Assembly: GCA_964035545.1 (NCBI GenBank)
Contig: OZ037767.1
Span: 29,652,628-29,716,627, forward strand
Length of the DNA stretch: 64,000 nucleotides
Reading direction: 5' to 3'
Origin: Bugula neritina
Taxonomy: Eukaryota; Animalia; Bryozoa
Shown here: positions 20,301-35,200 of the stretch, piece after piece
How positions within the stretch are numbered: position 1 is the first letter of the stretch
How the letters are laid out: each line of letters opens with the position of its first letter
Made by a program: the position numbers and the translations under genes
Notes under the pieces: generated by a model
The model's input: the letters and a program-made list of their open reading frames with translations, nothing else
The model's database searches: none
Told to the model about the DNA's origin: nothing

Positions 20301-21490
20301 GACACAAGTGTCTCCGTACAGCTCTATGGTTTTGGGTGGCGTACACTAACTGTGAGAAACTTGTATATTATTTTTTCTCACCTATCTCCGCTTTGTCCTG
20401 TTTGGGTAGCGGGATACTTTTATATTATGTTAATATATATAATTATGTTCTGATTTGATTTTGAAAAAATTGATTTTGGGCATTTCCAGTTATTTTAGCA
20501 AAGCTATAACCAAAAAGGCAAACATAGACAGTAAATTCGTAGTTACCTGCCACAGATTCATCAGAAGAGCTCTCGTGCTTCGACGATCGGCTTATTGGTG
20601 GCAGTGCACTGTTACTTTTGCTTTGCTCCACAAATGAGTTCCAATTTATTTCACCGCCATCTTTAGCTTTTTGTAAACAGTTTATAAGAAATCCAAAATG
20701 ATCTTCTGGTCTGTGAACCATCAACCCTGACATCATACTCTAAAATATAATCCAAGTAGGATTTTACTTACAGAATTAATAAAACTTGCTCTAAAAGTTT
20801 TTGCAACAAAAGCGCTTTAGACTGTAGCTATTGTTACTAGTAAACTACTAACAAAACTAAATAGATTGGTTAAAAATAAATATGACTTTAATAAAAATAT
20901 TACTAGTTTGCATATTCATTTTGAATAGAACAATTTAACCTTTAAACTATTATTAACTTTAAACGTCATACAACTAAATTTTTCAATTTTGTGATTGCAA
21001 TTAAAAACAGCCTAAAAAGTGAGCCCATAATCATAGAGTTATACCTAAAGATCAAGATGATGGCGATTTTATTCAATTTCGCGCCATCGCCATGATATAA
21101 TGTTGTTATCAGTATCACTATCGGTGATTACGGTAAGCTAAAACTGTGTATATAACAAATTTTTTCGACAATAAATATAATAAATGTGCTTGGTTCTTTA
21201 TAACTGATAGTGAGCTAAAGATTTATAGAGCTCAAACTTTAGTTTCGCAATCAAACTCAAACTAAGTGTAATTGTCACAGTCATACTCAGTGCGAGTCTT
21301 ATAGTTAATGTTATACCCATTCTGATTCACATTGTGATTGAGTTTGACATTCGCATTCGGCATTGTAATTGTTTATTTATCTATGTTCGGCACTCGCAGC
21401 ATGTCACCCTTTTATTCTTACTTCAAATAATTGAGGAATCTGTCTCGAAGACATATAAGTCTTAGCATCTTCCGCTGGCGTGCTCTTCAT
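8395..21490 (-). CDS. AK5: Adenylate kinase 5-like: N-terminal Dpy-30/RIIa-type dimerisation domain, two degenerate AK domains, repeat linker and one canonical AK1-type domain
   Basis: Exons: 21490-21422, 20739-20547, 20109-19981, 19593-19429, 18464-18334, 17974-17783, 17226-17145 (or -17076), 16160-16020, 15705-15416, 14908-14768, 14400-14311, 13604-13580, 12115-11756, 10403-10198, 9806-9693, 9364-9173, 8463-8395 (TAA). All junctions keep frame. The N-terminus [31 protein letters not shown] resembles AK5. The last domain has [29 protein letters not shown] and [23 protein letters not shown]. Confidence 0.8.
9548..9702. repeat. 31-bp tandem repeat (5 copies) spanning an AK exon end and its 5' splice site
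   Basis: Unit approximately TGTTACTCTGCACATACTTACCTCTGACTCA at 9548, 9579, 9610, 9641 and 9672. Confidence 0.9.
11790..12010 (-). repeat. Coding 42-nt (14-aa) tandem repeat [14 protein letters not shown], about 5 copies, within AK exon 12115-11756
   Basis: Visible in ORF 11604..12113 and in the DNA. Confidence 0.85.
13036..13127. repeat. Short minisatellite, 22-24-bp unit TGACCTCTAGTCAGCTGACACA, 4 copies
   Basis: Direct tandem copies in an AK intron. Confidence 0.8.
13580..13604 (-). CDS. 25-nt micro-exon of the AK5-like gene (TSPEIQPE)
   Basis: ttgtag|ACTAGTCCAGAAATTCAGCCAGAGG|gtaagt. It converts the phase-0 donor at 14311 into the phase-1 acceptor at 12115. Confidence 0.75.
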
Positions 21491-23256
21491 TTTTATTTCA
21501 ATCGGATAGGCAATGAGCAGGTGCTCTTCTGACTATTATGTATTTTGCATCCATGCGTATCTAAGAAGAATTAACATGGCGGCTAACAGCAAGACCAGAA
21601 TAAAGCGTGATTAGTTTTTACGAACTTTGCTTGCCAAAATATAAAAAAAAAAATTATTGAATAAATTTGAGCTATTTACAATAAATTTGTACACAATAAT
21701 ATACCAACAATTGTACAACAATTTATTTTGAGATTATGCACACAAAAATTATAAGACAACTCCTAAAAATCAAGTAGGATTAATCAATATGACATCCGTC
21801 CTTAAGCAGCTTATGTAAAAAGTGCAACATCCTGGAAAGGACTGTAAAATTTTTTGACTTGCGTCTTCAATGCACACCTCATGTGGCATAGTGAACTTTA
21901 TGTGTGGAGTCCAATGCCATCAGCAAACCAGCTAGCAATACACTAACTACTGGACTAATCTCTTTCACTACTATATTGAATTTTGATTTTAACTCAACAA
22001 TTATTCATGATGCTGATACACACTGGACATAGGTTACATGAAAGAAACTAACAATTGATTTGTCAGAGAACCAACTATAAGTTTATCAAGTTATGGCCTA
22101 ACAATTTTAGCATGCTAAAACTGTAAACTGCTAGGGTGAAGGTTTCCAACATTTAGGAACTGCATTTCAATTATGAAGACTTGTTGAATGTTGATATATA
22201 AACATCCCTGCTGAAGTGTGCTGCTATATTTATACAATATAAATCAGAAGTTTTTACATGATTAGATGATGGACATGTATTTGGGTTACAGAAAATCTAT
22301 TTATACAAAAGGTAGAAATATTGTTTGTTGTAGGTGTATGTAAAACTATCATTATAACAGTACAATTACCAGCAGCCCAAGTTTATAACCTGTGACTGAA
22401 ATATTGGGCATATCAAAAACTCAGTATCAGAGTAATAAATAAAAACCAGAACATAAAACAGTTATGTGAACAGAACTGCCCAGCGCAAGCTTTAGTGGTG
22501 TATTGGAAGGGAAAGAGAAGAGTGACCATCTACTAGCTTGCTAAGTCTAACTAGACAGGAAACATTGTGAGGGGATGGCCAAGCTCTACTTGATTTAGTT
22601 ACAAGTGAGAGAGGTATGCCAAAGAGGAGAAATTAAGTACAAACTAAAGTATTTCTAGCATTAATTGCAGTGGCCACAAAAATTAAGAATTCATAAGTGT
22701 ATGAAAAAATATTATAATAAAGTTCAGTAGAATTAGACTAATAATAAATGGAAAAAGATTATAATACATGGATTAAAAAATTAAACAAATATAAAGGAAT
22801 GAAGATGTTTAAGTATATGAGGATAGTAAGCATGCTATAAGTTTGAAAGTCTATATACAATATATAAGCCACACTCTCTTTGTGCAATATCTTCCAGGCT
22901 AGTCTTTTCATTTACAATAATAAATATATTTTATTTTCAACACAATAACTGCAATAATAAACTTTCTAGGTGTAGTAGCACAGCTCTACCCATAAAGATA
23001 ATTTTTACAAGTACTGGTACAGCCCTATATAGGCTATAAGCAATGCGGTGTCTGTCTTTGGTAAACATTGACTTGATGTGATTTAAGTCCAAAAAAGTTA
23101 TTATTGCACATCATCACATCTTTATTAATTTCATTACATGTTGAAGATTGTAGATGTCTCATTAAGTAGAAGAAGGCAGGGTTTGCAGGTGTCTAATAAA
23201 CTGGCATATCACAGGTTGTGCCAAATTCTCGGCAGCATTACAGTTTACTTCAACTG

Positions 23257-26200
23257 TCAGCTTCTAAAATCGTCTAAAGGTTTAACAAAGCCTTCGTGGT
23301 ACACTCGCAATATGGCCTCGCAGACAAACTTGTATTGACCACTGGTCTGTATGAGCATAGCCCTCTGATCTCTCATCTGCCTCACGATGTCTAGAGGGTA
23401 GACTGGCTGGTTGGACTCAATCAGACACATGGCAGTCTCCATTAGAATCAGCACACCAGTTCTCCCTATACCAGCACTGCAGTGTACCAGGGTGGGTTCT
23501 GTCATTCCAACCCTTTTCTAGAAATATAGTTAACAGTTTTATTAGTAGCTGTGAGCCAAAACCTGCATAGAGAAGGCAACTCTCAATAAAGTGCAGTATG
23601 GTTGAACACTTAGCCAGTGTTGTAGCTATCTCGTATGAAATTTGTCAGACTTACAAGTTCAAAGTCTAAAATAAATTAATGTTTCCATATAAGTCGAATT
23701 TCTTCAAATAAATCTACAGGCAAACAAACTTTAGCTGATTCGTAAAAATTTAGCCTGTGATTTGGAGTAAAGACTGTAAAAAGGAGAAGGGTTGAAGGAC
23801 ACAGACCTGTCGCACTCGTATAACAAAATCGAGGAAGTCGGAGCTATCATCAGGGACACCGTGATCAGGCCAGGCGATGTACTGCATCTGATATATGTGT
23901 CGCTCCTCATTGGTCTCCATGTTGACTAAAGTGAACTCTCTACAAGTAAACATACTGTACTGTTACTCAGTTGCCATGGCAACACGACTCCATATCTGAG
24001 AGACTGGCTTGTATTAGTCATCAACAATTTAGTCAACACTTATGATGATTGAATAAACAAGCGGAAAGTTGTGTTTGTATGATCTAACAATTAATTTTAT
24101 TGGATGATGAGTGAATCAACAGTTAACCATGTACACATGAGTTATTGAGTAACACCTCAACATTCAACATTCAAGAATCATCTTTCACGAGGAAAGAAAA
24201 CTCTCCAAAGAAAATCTAAAAAGTGATTTATAACGTTAGCGCCAGTAATTACTAGTTTAATTTACTTCCAGTCAGTAAATCATATTTCACGAAAGAAGTG
24301 GCTGGTTATTTTGAAGGAAAAACTTAATTTAGCTGACAAATAAATATGATTTATAGCCTTCAGAATGTTTCAAATCTTCCAACCCAATGACGGAGCTCAT
24401 TAAAATAACTTGCCAACTTGAAGATTAATGAATACCAAATATAAATTTATTTTTGTCAAAAAATTCATATTTATTGCAAGCATACGACTATTCCAGGTAG
24501 AAAATTGTTTTTTTTTCTAAATTCTCGCTCCACCAGTTTCCTTGTTAGCCTGGTAATTCAAACTGCATTTTCCTGGTAGAAGCAGGAATTTTATATAAAC
24601 ATTTCGAGCATGTAAGTGGCAAGTGCAAAACATTTCTCTATGAGCCTGCACTGAGCACATGAACTAGTATAATACAGTTATATGGCACATATTATACGTT
24701 GAATTGCAATGGAAGTGTAGGTACAGACAGCTAAATAGTGTAAGTCTAGACATGGTGTACATTATCATGACTGTGTGCCGTACATTGAACTGCAGGATAC
24801 TAGTATATACTGAGACTGAAGCATTTCAGACAACCTGATGGAGTATGGTGTATGGTGAGATGTGAATACATTAAAGTGCCATGGAATCTCCTATTAAGGA
24901 AGGATTATTTCCAGCAATGCAACCCATACGACCAACCTGGCATATAATTGTAACATTATTTTAATTTATGGGGAATGGAAGATGAAATTGAACTTGTGGC
25001 GATGCAGTAAGTTGGGTTTGTAGATACAAAAAAGGAGAAAAAGTTAGAATTCATCCTGCATGAAATAAGGTACATCTAACAAATAAAATGTTTAATATTT
25101 ATTCATCTTAGAACTTCAGCCGCTGGTAGATTATGTTCACAAGAAACCTGAAAGTAGTTTTATTTTCGGGATTGCAGGTATTCCGTCAGTGAATTTTTAG
25201 GTAAAGTGGATAACACAAATCTTCCACCAACTGAACAAGAATGAAGGAATGGACAACTATCTATTATCTAATAACGATTGATGTCGTATAATGAGAGGAT
25301 GACAAAGGCTGAAGAAGCTGCACATATTCATATTTAGTCTAATGATATGCTAATGTTGCTATCAAGGTATGACTAAGCCTAGTGATGAGGCTGCCGGCAC
25401 TTCCTTAGGAACTTAGGTTACGTGATGCGCTGAGACCCCCCTACTCCGTCTAAGCTGGCCATCAACTAATAAATGCTGCAACAAATTTCAAGTCAATAGG
25501 ATTTCCCAAATAAACTGTCTGATAACATTTGACGAGTTGCAGACATTTCCGGAAAAACACTTCAACAGGTAGACTCGTAGGATATAAATGATGATCCGGG
25601 ATAAAATCCTTCATATTTTTAGTTATAAATACTTAATTGTCCAAGTAACGCTGGCCTTTGTTACATCTGAGAGCTGAAATATCAGACATGTTTGCAATGA
25701 CTGTGTAAAACTTAATATTAGACAAATAGTTGTTACAGTTGAGAGGCCAGGAATGCCCAGTCATGCTCACACATGCTTGTGTGTGTCTAGTGATTCAGCT
25801 TCAGTTCCTGGCTGCATTGGCAAATCACTCAGTCATGTTCCAACATGATGAGGGGCACAGTTCTACCCCCCCTCCCGTCCAGAAATCACTAGAATTGTGG
25901 CTATACAATTAAACCCAAACACACATAACACTCTGTTTGGCCACCAGAAGTTAATAGAGAACAAGTTGCCAGGTAACACTTACCTGAAGGCAAAGGACCT
26001 CGTCTCCTTCTCCTTGAGACAAGTGAGTTGTAGGGTGCCAAAGTCGGTGGTCTCGTACAGGTGGGGCCAGTACTGGTGACACTTTATTCTACCTCTTTCC
26101 ACAAGAGCCGTTAGCATGACCTAAGCATGAGTAAGAGTGAGTTGTGAATATCATGAGTCAAGTTACTTTATGTTAGTATAACTGTGACAGCCAACTCTAT

Positions 26201-29200
26201 AAAACTGTTAGAAATGCAAGTAACTCCCAACCTATTATTTGGAACTGAATGTCAAAAATTGCATACTGGCGCTTAGCTTTACCAAATCATCACAGCTGGC
26301 AACTGGAAATATATGGCAGCAAAACATTGGATAAAACAGACATACTTTTCATCAAACTAAGAATCTTTATGACCAGATCAGAGCAGAGACTAATAAGTTG
26401 CTTCCAACCACAAAATGTAAACATAAAATACTGAATGACAAAACTTACGACGAGAGTTATCTGCTGCTGCCACACCATCTCCCAAAAGTCAGCGCAGGTG
26501 TTGGGCAGAGGACCTTGAGCAGCGATGTATCTGTTGACTATTCCACTGCCAGGAATCTCCATGTTGATGTAGTTGGCGTTTATGTAGTCGCCGGTGGGCA
26601 AGTTTCGTAGCAGAACTCTAGTCTGGTCGTAGGGAGAGATGTCGCGGTACCTGTTCTTGCACAGATTGTCTGCAACCTTCGCACCTGTTGGAGGGAATAA
26701 TCATGTAACATACAGCTACTGTTTCCAAACAATTACAGTATCTTACAGCATCACAGTCTTTTATAACTTGTAAGAGATATACATGTACACTCAACAAGTT
26801 CACATGTCCTTAGTCCTGAATGATATATTACCAAGGTGCTCCACCTTTACAACTTGGAGGGTTGACAAAATTACCATGTCTAGTTCCTCTACACGCAGCT
26901 GTGACAAAAACTTGTCCGGAATATAAACTGTACTGGAAGATTTTCATTTCATTTCAGACACCCCCCCCCCCCCCCAAGATGATGTGAACTCGACTTGGTA
27001 TTTGAATCCCACCACTAGCTCTGGGTAGTTTCAGATCCAAAGGAGAAGTTTAACCAATAGGCAGTTCCAATGGAAAAGCTATTTGCAATAACACAATAAT
27101 GAAGATATGCATAGGAGGTGTTGGGTGGGTAGCAACGCTGTACAGTTCCAACTGGTAAAATTTTAATTTGCATATGCATTTATTATAATATGTTTTCATG
27201 AAAGTATAATTGGGTAATAACATTTCAGTTTCTGAATAACCATGCATGTGTTGTTGAATTATTATAACCTTTCAATAATTAGTATTGGCTGTATTTGAAA
27301 TGCCAGGATAGACTTGGTCAATTATTTTCAAGTCAGTTTACCAAGTAGTGTGTAAACCAGCCTATACAGCTGCAGTCATTGGCAAGTAACTAGCCTACTT
27401 CTACCTAGTAGCTAATGGAAATGCAGGTGAAGAAACTGGGAACAATATCCCTTAAGATTTGCTGAAACTACGTGCCACCAGCACTGTTAATCTGCAGTGT
27501 CAATCTCCATGCTAATCAACATCCTTAGTGAACAGTAATTCCTTTCTCTAACATCTTTTCTCATCAACCTTGTATACTATATGCTCCAGACACTTTGTGC
27601 AATTTGTCTTATAGAAACAGCACCTAAACGCTACGGCTAGGTGCAACTGGCAACTCAGTCCACAGTTACAGTGAGTTTCTATAGCATGAAAAGCTGCTAT
27701 TCAAAAATGACGAAATCTGAGCCAAAATTTATGCTGTAGCCTAATAAAGTATAGCTGAGCCAATTTTCCATAATTGTAGCAGGGAAGGGGATATTTCGAG
27801 ATTAAGGGCTGGTGGCGGACAAGATGGAGTATATGGTACCATAATAGGATTTTAGCCGTTACTAAACTATAAGGTGAACCAGTGGGAAAGATATTGCATT
27901 ACCCACAAAAAATTTAATATTACCGCAGAAATATTTCAGAAGCTATTATTTTCAACTTTAATACTAAATATAGACTCTGCATACATGGCATAGACAAGCA
28001 ACTAGTACCAGGGAAGAACCGGCGACCAACAATTTAACATTTATCTTATAATCTAGGATGTACATATTTCTGTTGAACAGCCAATTGGTGGCATGTTTTC
28101 TCTCAAAAATCATTATATTCTACGTTCTCATTACTTCTGGTTTCAGCTATACAGTAATGAACATTTATATACTATATTATACTACTGTCTGCTACTGTTT
28201 GACTCACATTGATTAGTTAGGCCAGGTTTGCGTCTGTACAGCTGCTCAAACTGGGCTACGGCAGCACCACTCTCCACTCCTTCTCTCAGCGACAGCAAAG
28301 ACTCGGACACCACGTCTAGACCGCTGACCCCAGCCGTAATGGAGTGAGTCTCGGGTACATAGTGGAACTCGGGCTCTTTGTAGTCCTCCGCCACATACAC
28401 TGCATGCAATAGAAAGGGGAGACAATCACATATTGGTGATGCTAATCTTTCAAGTTTAGACAAATTAAAGTTGGGGGAGAAAACTCTAGTATTTAGTCCA
28501 GATATTTGTCAAAAAGCTACAATATTGTGTGTCATTGTAGACTGCAGTTAAACACATTATTTATTTTTCAAAAAACACTTTCAGAGCAGTACATGACATT
28601 TGTGCAGTTTAGTTACAGCAATATAACAGACTACAAGCAATACTCAGCACCTGTTAGTAGAGGGAATTCACACATTCCAGCAGCTGTGTGCTACACACTT
28701 ACATCCCAGCAGCTGCATGCTACACACTTACATTCCAGCAGCTGTAGGCTAGACACTTACATCCCTGCAGCTGTGTGCTACACACTTACAACAAATCTAA
28801 TTTTAGCAGAAATGTTGCTATACTTTGGCCAAGAGTTAGGAAGTTGACAGTCAAGTTTATACAAGCATTGTAATTTGAGCCAGATTGAGGTGATGGGGTA
28901 GCAATACTGCTCAGTATTCTACAACTATCTTGCTAGCAGTTCTGACTAGCTAGCTGTGTTGATGTGATAGAAACTGAAGAATAACCAATGAGATTCCCTG
29001 AATAGTTGGCCTATCAACATGACATAGATGTCAGCTGTGAGCCATAATTTCTGAATAAATTATAATTCTTTTAATTTATTACATTATTTCCTGGAAATCA
29101 AAGACAAGCTGATGAGAAATCAAAGACCAGCTGGTGGTATACTGAATTTAGTGGTTACACAGTGGCTACAAGTACAGAGTTTAAAGTGAAGTACATATAG

Positions 29201-32200
29201 CTGTACATGGTAAGGGTCTGATGACAGACACTAGTCATAGAAACTTGGTTATCTTATCCCACTATATTTGCTGCTGCCAGTCATGCTACTTATTAGTCAT
29301 GCTAGCTGTCAGTCACCACTAACTGCCAGTCACACTATCACACAGTCACACTAAAGGAAGTCACACTATCACACTAAGGGAAGTCACACTATCACACAGT
29401 CACACTAAGGGAAGTCACACTATCACACAGTCACATTAGCTGCCAGTCACACCATCAAACAGTCACACTAAGGGATGTCACACTATCAAACAGTCACACC
29501 ATCAAACAGTCACACTCTAAGGGCAGTGTATATCACTCACCGTTGGGTCTGACTACAAGCACCAGTTCTCCAGAGTGAGTTTCTCGAGCTGCTCGGATGA
29601 ACATGACTACCTGCAAGCAAACAACACTTGGGCTACACACACAGATGCTAATATACTTGGACTACACACATAGATGCTAATATACTTGGACTACACACAC
29701 AGAGATGCTAATATACTTGGACTACACACATAGATGCTAATATACTTGGGCTACACACACAGAGATGCTAACGCCTTTGGTCAATTATGGTGATTGGAGA
29801 AAAAAATTCACAGCAGTTGAAAAAATTGGCAGAAAACCCAAAATGTTTCATGAGCACAAATTAATAAAGAACTTAATACAAGCTAGTAGTGGGTAAATAT
29901 TGTAAAACAGCTACCTGTACTTACTCATGTACCTCTACATAAACTGTTCCAATTATTGTCAAATGTAAAAAAAGTTCAACATAATATGAATTTGGAAAAT
30001 TCAAAAGATATAATTGAGCCAAGATTTTTTATTGCTAATAAAAGTACAAGAATCATTATAAATATATAATAAAACAAAATCCCTCAGCTATTTTTAGAGT
30101 GTTAGAGAGTAGAAAGAAGTTATGACATACCCCAAAATATTCTACTTTAACAACCAACTATCAGAATATAACTCTAAACCTACGGATATATGAGATAACC
30201 TCCTACTAGAGTACTTCTAACACATAGCCCAACAATGCAGCAGCGGCAGCAGCAGCGTTTTAATGGTGGCAGTGTTGGCAGCGGTGTTGAGATGATACAG
30301 TACAAGAGGAGAGTTTGTATCCAGTGAAAAATTATAAAAATAAATTCTGAGAGATGAAGAATGATATTTACAAGTGCTAAGCACTAAGCTGAATGAATCT
30401 AGAGTGAAGTGAAGTGAAACAGGGCTACTGTTGAACTATTGCTAAGGTTGTCACGTTACAGGAATACATTACTTTGACACTACTGCGTGTTATGTGCGAG
30501 ACATATAGGCACCCCCCACATTGTAATGTAAAATCTCAGGCTGTTTTGCATATTCAGACTAGCTAAAGAGAAATGATTGATGATTGTTAATGAACTTTGT
30601 ATAAGCTGTACAGTCTATGATGCCAAGGTGAATGAAACATAACTGTGTATAACACAATACATTTTATCAACAGGGAAAGTAGTTTATATGCCTACAGAAC
30701 TGTGATAACATATAATATACTACATGTGCTCTACATACAATCCTAACGGAGCCAAGTGGAATATACAAAAAGCTAAACATGATTTCAACTGCTACGAAAT
30801 GGAACAGTGTGACTCATGCTGAATTAATATACATATATTTACACTTCATATCCACCCTTTAGGTATCCCTTTCCACTTCACGGACTATTCCTGTTCAATT
30901 ATTGCTGAAGCACTTCACTTAACATGACAATGCATAACTTAGGCTCTTATATTCAAATTTTTTTACAGTTTCAATAATTAGATCGATGCTACAGATAATT
31001 GTAATAGTGTGGTTGTTTATTAATTATAATTCTATTAGTTTATTATACTACTTGGGTTTGGGTGTGTCGCTATGGCAGATTACTTTCACAAATTGTCCAC
31101 CAAAATTGAGATGAAAGCATGTATGAAATTCCATAATATAAACAGTATCAATAACGCAAGACACAAACAATTCTTCATTAGCAGGAGTTGTCTTACTTTT
31201 TATAATTGTAAAATTTAGAGCACACAACTCCTTAAGCAATCTATACATGTCCAGTAAGCCTTTATATAAAATGCAGACATGAAATTATTAAATGAATAAA
31301 GCTGCCCATTCAGAGCCTAGTTAAACAATCCACTTTTCTTGCTGCAAAAATCTACCCAACTATTTTATGAACACTTCTACTGTTTTTATCAACATTTGAA
31401 AGTCAGAATTTGGCATTTTTTCAAAACAATTGCTAATTAGCAACTGCTTGGTAATTATAGTTAGCCTACAAGGCATAGCATGCTGCTTATAGCATCATAC
31501 ATACTTCCTTTCAAATGTCAGATCAACTATTCTTACGTAACTTTTATTACATCCATATTTATAAAACACACTGGAGTTGGATTGCAGCCTCATATGGTTT
31601 GATGGTAGGTCAATGCCATTTATAGCCATTAAACAGGAAGAAGATACCCATAACACGCCCACACACTTTACACTTGCTAATACAACAAATACACATTACC
31701 ACCGAGACCCAAATATTTCAATAAGTATCTAGCATTAACTTTTTTAACACACATACACACAATTCAAAATGTTGGGAGGCAGAGAAATACTAGAGATATT
31801 TTATGAAACTATGTTATATCCTTCTTGGCCTGCTGCTCTGTGTAAAGGCCTACAGTTTTATCTGTCAAACACATCCTTATACTAGTTCTAGACAAGGGGA
31901 ACAGCTGAGTCTAAACCTAACAGATCCAGTATCAACACAGAGTATAACAAAAGGGGTTGTAGCTGTGGTAATTAAAGCTGATATTATTCCCATTACAAAG
32001 TTATTACTGTTCTTTATAATACTGTTAGATTACAGTAATAATATTATGACTGATACACTAATAAACTAATATGATGGTTACTATAGTATCTGTTCCAACA
32101 TAATACTGACAGTGTGGCTGTCATGTTATTCAACAGTGAAAGTTAGACTGCAGTGTGTTGTAGATGTATGATGGATAAAAACACGAGGCAGAGATATTCT

Positions 32201-35200
32201 ATTACTATGTTAGGAGATAAGCAGAGGAGTAGAGTTACACTGGGGATGTACTGATGTATAGAAAGTCAATATTATCTCAAGTATGGCATTGTTTATATTA
32301 TTACTGAGATATTCCTTGGTTATGTAATACATACTAGTTGCTATAATAATACTATATACTGCATCTACTTGGCAAACTGGGCTTTCTAGTAATTTCATAT
32401 TCAACTATATATTCATGGGTGCTGCGTGGAAAATAAATAAACGAGAATTACTTTATTATATATAAATAAGAAAAGTAAACTTACATTTCTGACACCAGAC
32501 ATCAGAGTCTGAAGATATTATAAGTTTACTTTATTTATTTATATAAATCAAGTAGTAAATAAAAAAATGCTCCTCATTTATTTATTTTTAATGAAATTAC
32601 TAATTATTGTTCCAAGAATGGAACTTTTTCTGAAACAATTTAAAAGTTACCACCAGAATTGACTAAAGCTGCATAAGATGAAGGAGAGAGAGAGAGTTGA
32701 CTACATCTAAACTGATGCCTTGACAATCAGTAGCCAGAGAGAGCATGTGTCAGCTAGAGTTAGTGTCAGCATCTGTCAGCTAGAGTTAGTGTCAGCTAGA
32801 GTTAGTGTGGACAAACCTGTTCATGCTTGTGCTGTGTGACATCCCTGCCGTTGATAAACAGAACTTGGTCTCCCTCGTTCAGTCTGGGTATACAGGAGTC
32901 TGCAGGCATCCCGGCAGCGACCCTGCTGACTATGATTGGCATCCCCTGGTCCACTCCTCCTTTCACATTGAACCCAAACCTAGTTTCAAAAATAGTTGTC
33001 TAGTAATTTGTACGACATGTGAATAAAATACTGGTTAAAGGGGTTCAAAATTAAAAGTATAAATTATTAAGTGTAACTTGGGTAATAACTGGACGCGGTA
33101 CACAACATTTTTTTATTATATACCCACAATTCATTGCCATCAAAATGGATGTTATTCAGCCATTGAGAAAATTTTCTTAGGGTAGTTAAAATACGCAAAT
33201 AACTGTACGACCACCAAAAAGGTACAACATTAAAGTGAAAACAAGAGAGTAAACAGAAATGTATATTTAGAATTATCCCCTCACCTTCCCTGCTCATCAG
33301 GTTTGAGATGAATGGTAGTCAACGAGTGGTTGTCAAGGAATCCGTTTTCATGGGGAATATCAGAATATTCAAATGCTGATGAGGATTTAGAAAGCATCTT
33401 GTAGGTTGAGTTGCTAAACAAACAAGCAGGGATTGTTGCAGCTGACAATGCTTTGTAACAATGCAAGTGTGTCAGTGACAGTAACAACAATGGACACAGC
33501 ACTTGATAATAGAGAGTTGATACTGTGTTACACAGCAAGATCTACTCCATAAAAAAGAAATTAGTCAATAAGTTAGAAACAAGAGAAAATGAATGATAAT
33601 TGCTATAATTTTTTAATTATGGTCGAAGAAATTTGTAACTCTGAAATAATAAGCAATTTGGATAAAATTTCAACTCAAAGTAAAATGTTTCAAGAAAGAA
33701 ATTTTCGAAAAACAGAGTATGGCTGCTTGGCTGACCCACCCTAGAGTAGTTGATAAATAAATTTTAGTATCAAATTTCATGCAAGAAACAATTTCTTCTC
33801 TATAGAAATGAGGACCACTGGCACGTGTTCACTGATACACCACATGAAGTAAAGAGCACACTACATCTATTTCCTGATTCACCACTCTTTAGAACGTGCT
33901 GATAGAAACAACTTACTTTCCATTAGTTAACGGAGCAGGGTTACCTCCCCCATTGATGACTAGACCCACCCCTGGCACAGCAGAACGAGGCAGGGAAGCA
34001 GACGTTGGCATATGATTAGTTACACTCATGGCTGCAGAGTTCCTACCCAAAGAGTCCAAGTTTGTGTGGGAGCGTGGTAACACCCCCTCCATCTTTCCAG
34101 AGAGTGGGCGAGTGAGACTAGAGCCTGTAGCAGCATGAGTGCTTCTGTTACTCCCCCTCAAACTGTTGGTGGATAGAGGATCAGCACGAGGGGTGTACGA
34201 TCTAGGAGTGTAGTTAGAGTCTAGGGTGTCATGAGCTGTGTTAGATCTAGGTAGACTGTTGGCAGTGATTGCAGAAGATGGGGTAGCTGTAAGATCCCGG
34301 TTACTAACGTGGTTTGTGATTGGTGGAACAATGCCGCGGTCTCGAGATGTTATACTGTCTCTTTTAGTGTTGTAGTTGCCTCGACTAGAGTTTATAAAAC
34401 CCCCTGAGTCATCCTCCCTTCTTGGGTGCTGCTGCTGTACGTGGAATGTGTTCGTCCAAGGGCTAGCACGGTCACCTGGGAGTGAGGCTCTTGACCTACC
34501 ATAAGGACATCAGTAAATCAATATATATACATATAACCTACACAAAACCTACCATACCTCCTAGACAAGAATATTGTAGTAATATGGATATCATACTTAC
34601 CAAAAGCAAAACATTGCAGAAAGAATTCCCAAAACACATCTACACTGACTACAGAAACTAGAATATCGAACAGGACAGAAAGTATGACTGTACTGTTACA
34701 GCTAGTTGTAAATTATAGTCATTAATATAATAACAAGCTAGTTGTAACTCGGAGCTTAAGTAAGAACAATGGAAAGCTTGAAGTTTAATGACATCATAAA
34801 ACCATAACATTAAACTTTGATTAGCCTATCAGCTGAGTATCATACAAATGCTATTTCTAATCCAGGATTAAACTTAGAGGAATGTAGAAATGTTAGTAAA
34901 GTACCCCTATCTCAATCAATTGCTGAATGGGTAGTTCAATGTCACTGGTACTCGACAGTTGAAGAAGCTAATGCTCCCTAGGAGGGGATAGAGAAATATG
35001 AATGCTGAATGGAATTATACAAAGGTGATTGGAAATGACAGAAAATATATGATGTTTAGAGAATAACACAAATTGAAGAATTCCTTACATTCCTCCAAAA
35101 ACACTGCATACTGTCCATCCTATTGCCACACAAATACATACAGCCACTGAACTGAAACTATAACTCAGTTATAGTTATAGTTCAGTTATAGTTCAATGCA

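Noticed and set aside
20382-20416. Possible extra AK micro-exon (good donor AG|gtgag)
   Set aside because: The only nearby acceptor gives a stop or wrong phase relative to the flanking phase-1 junctions.
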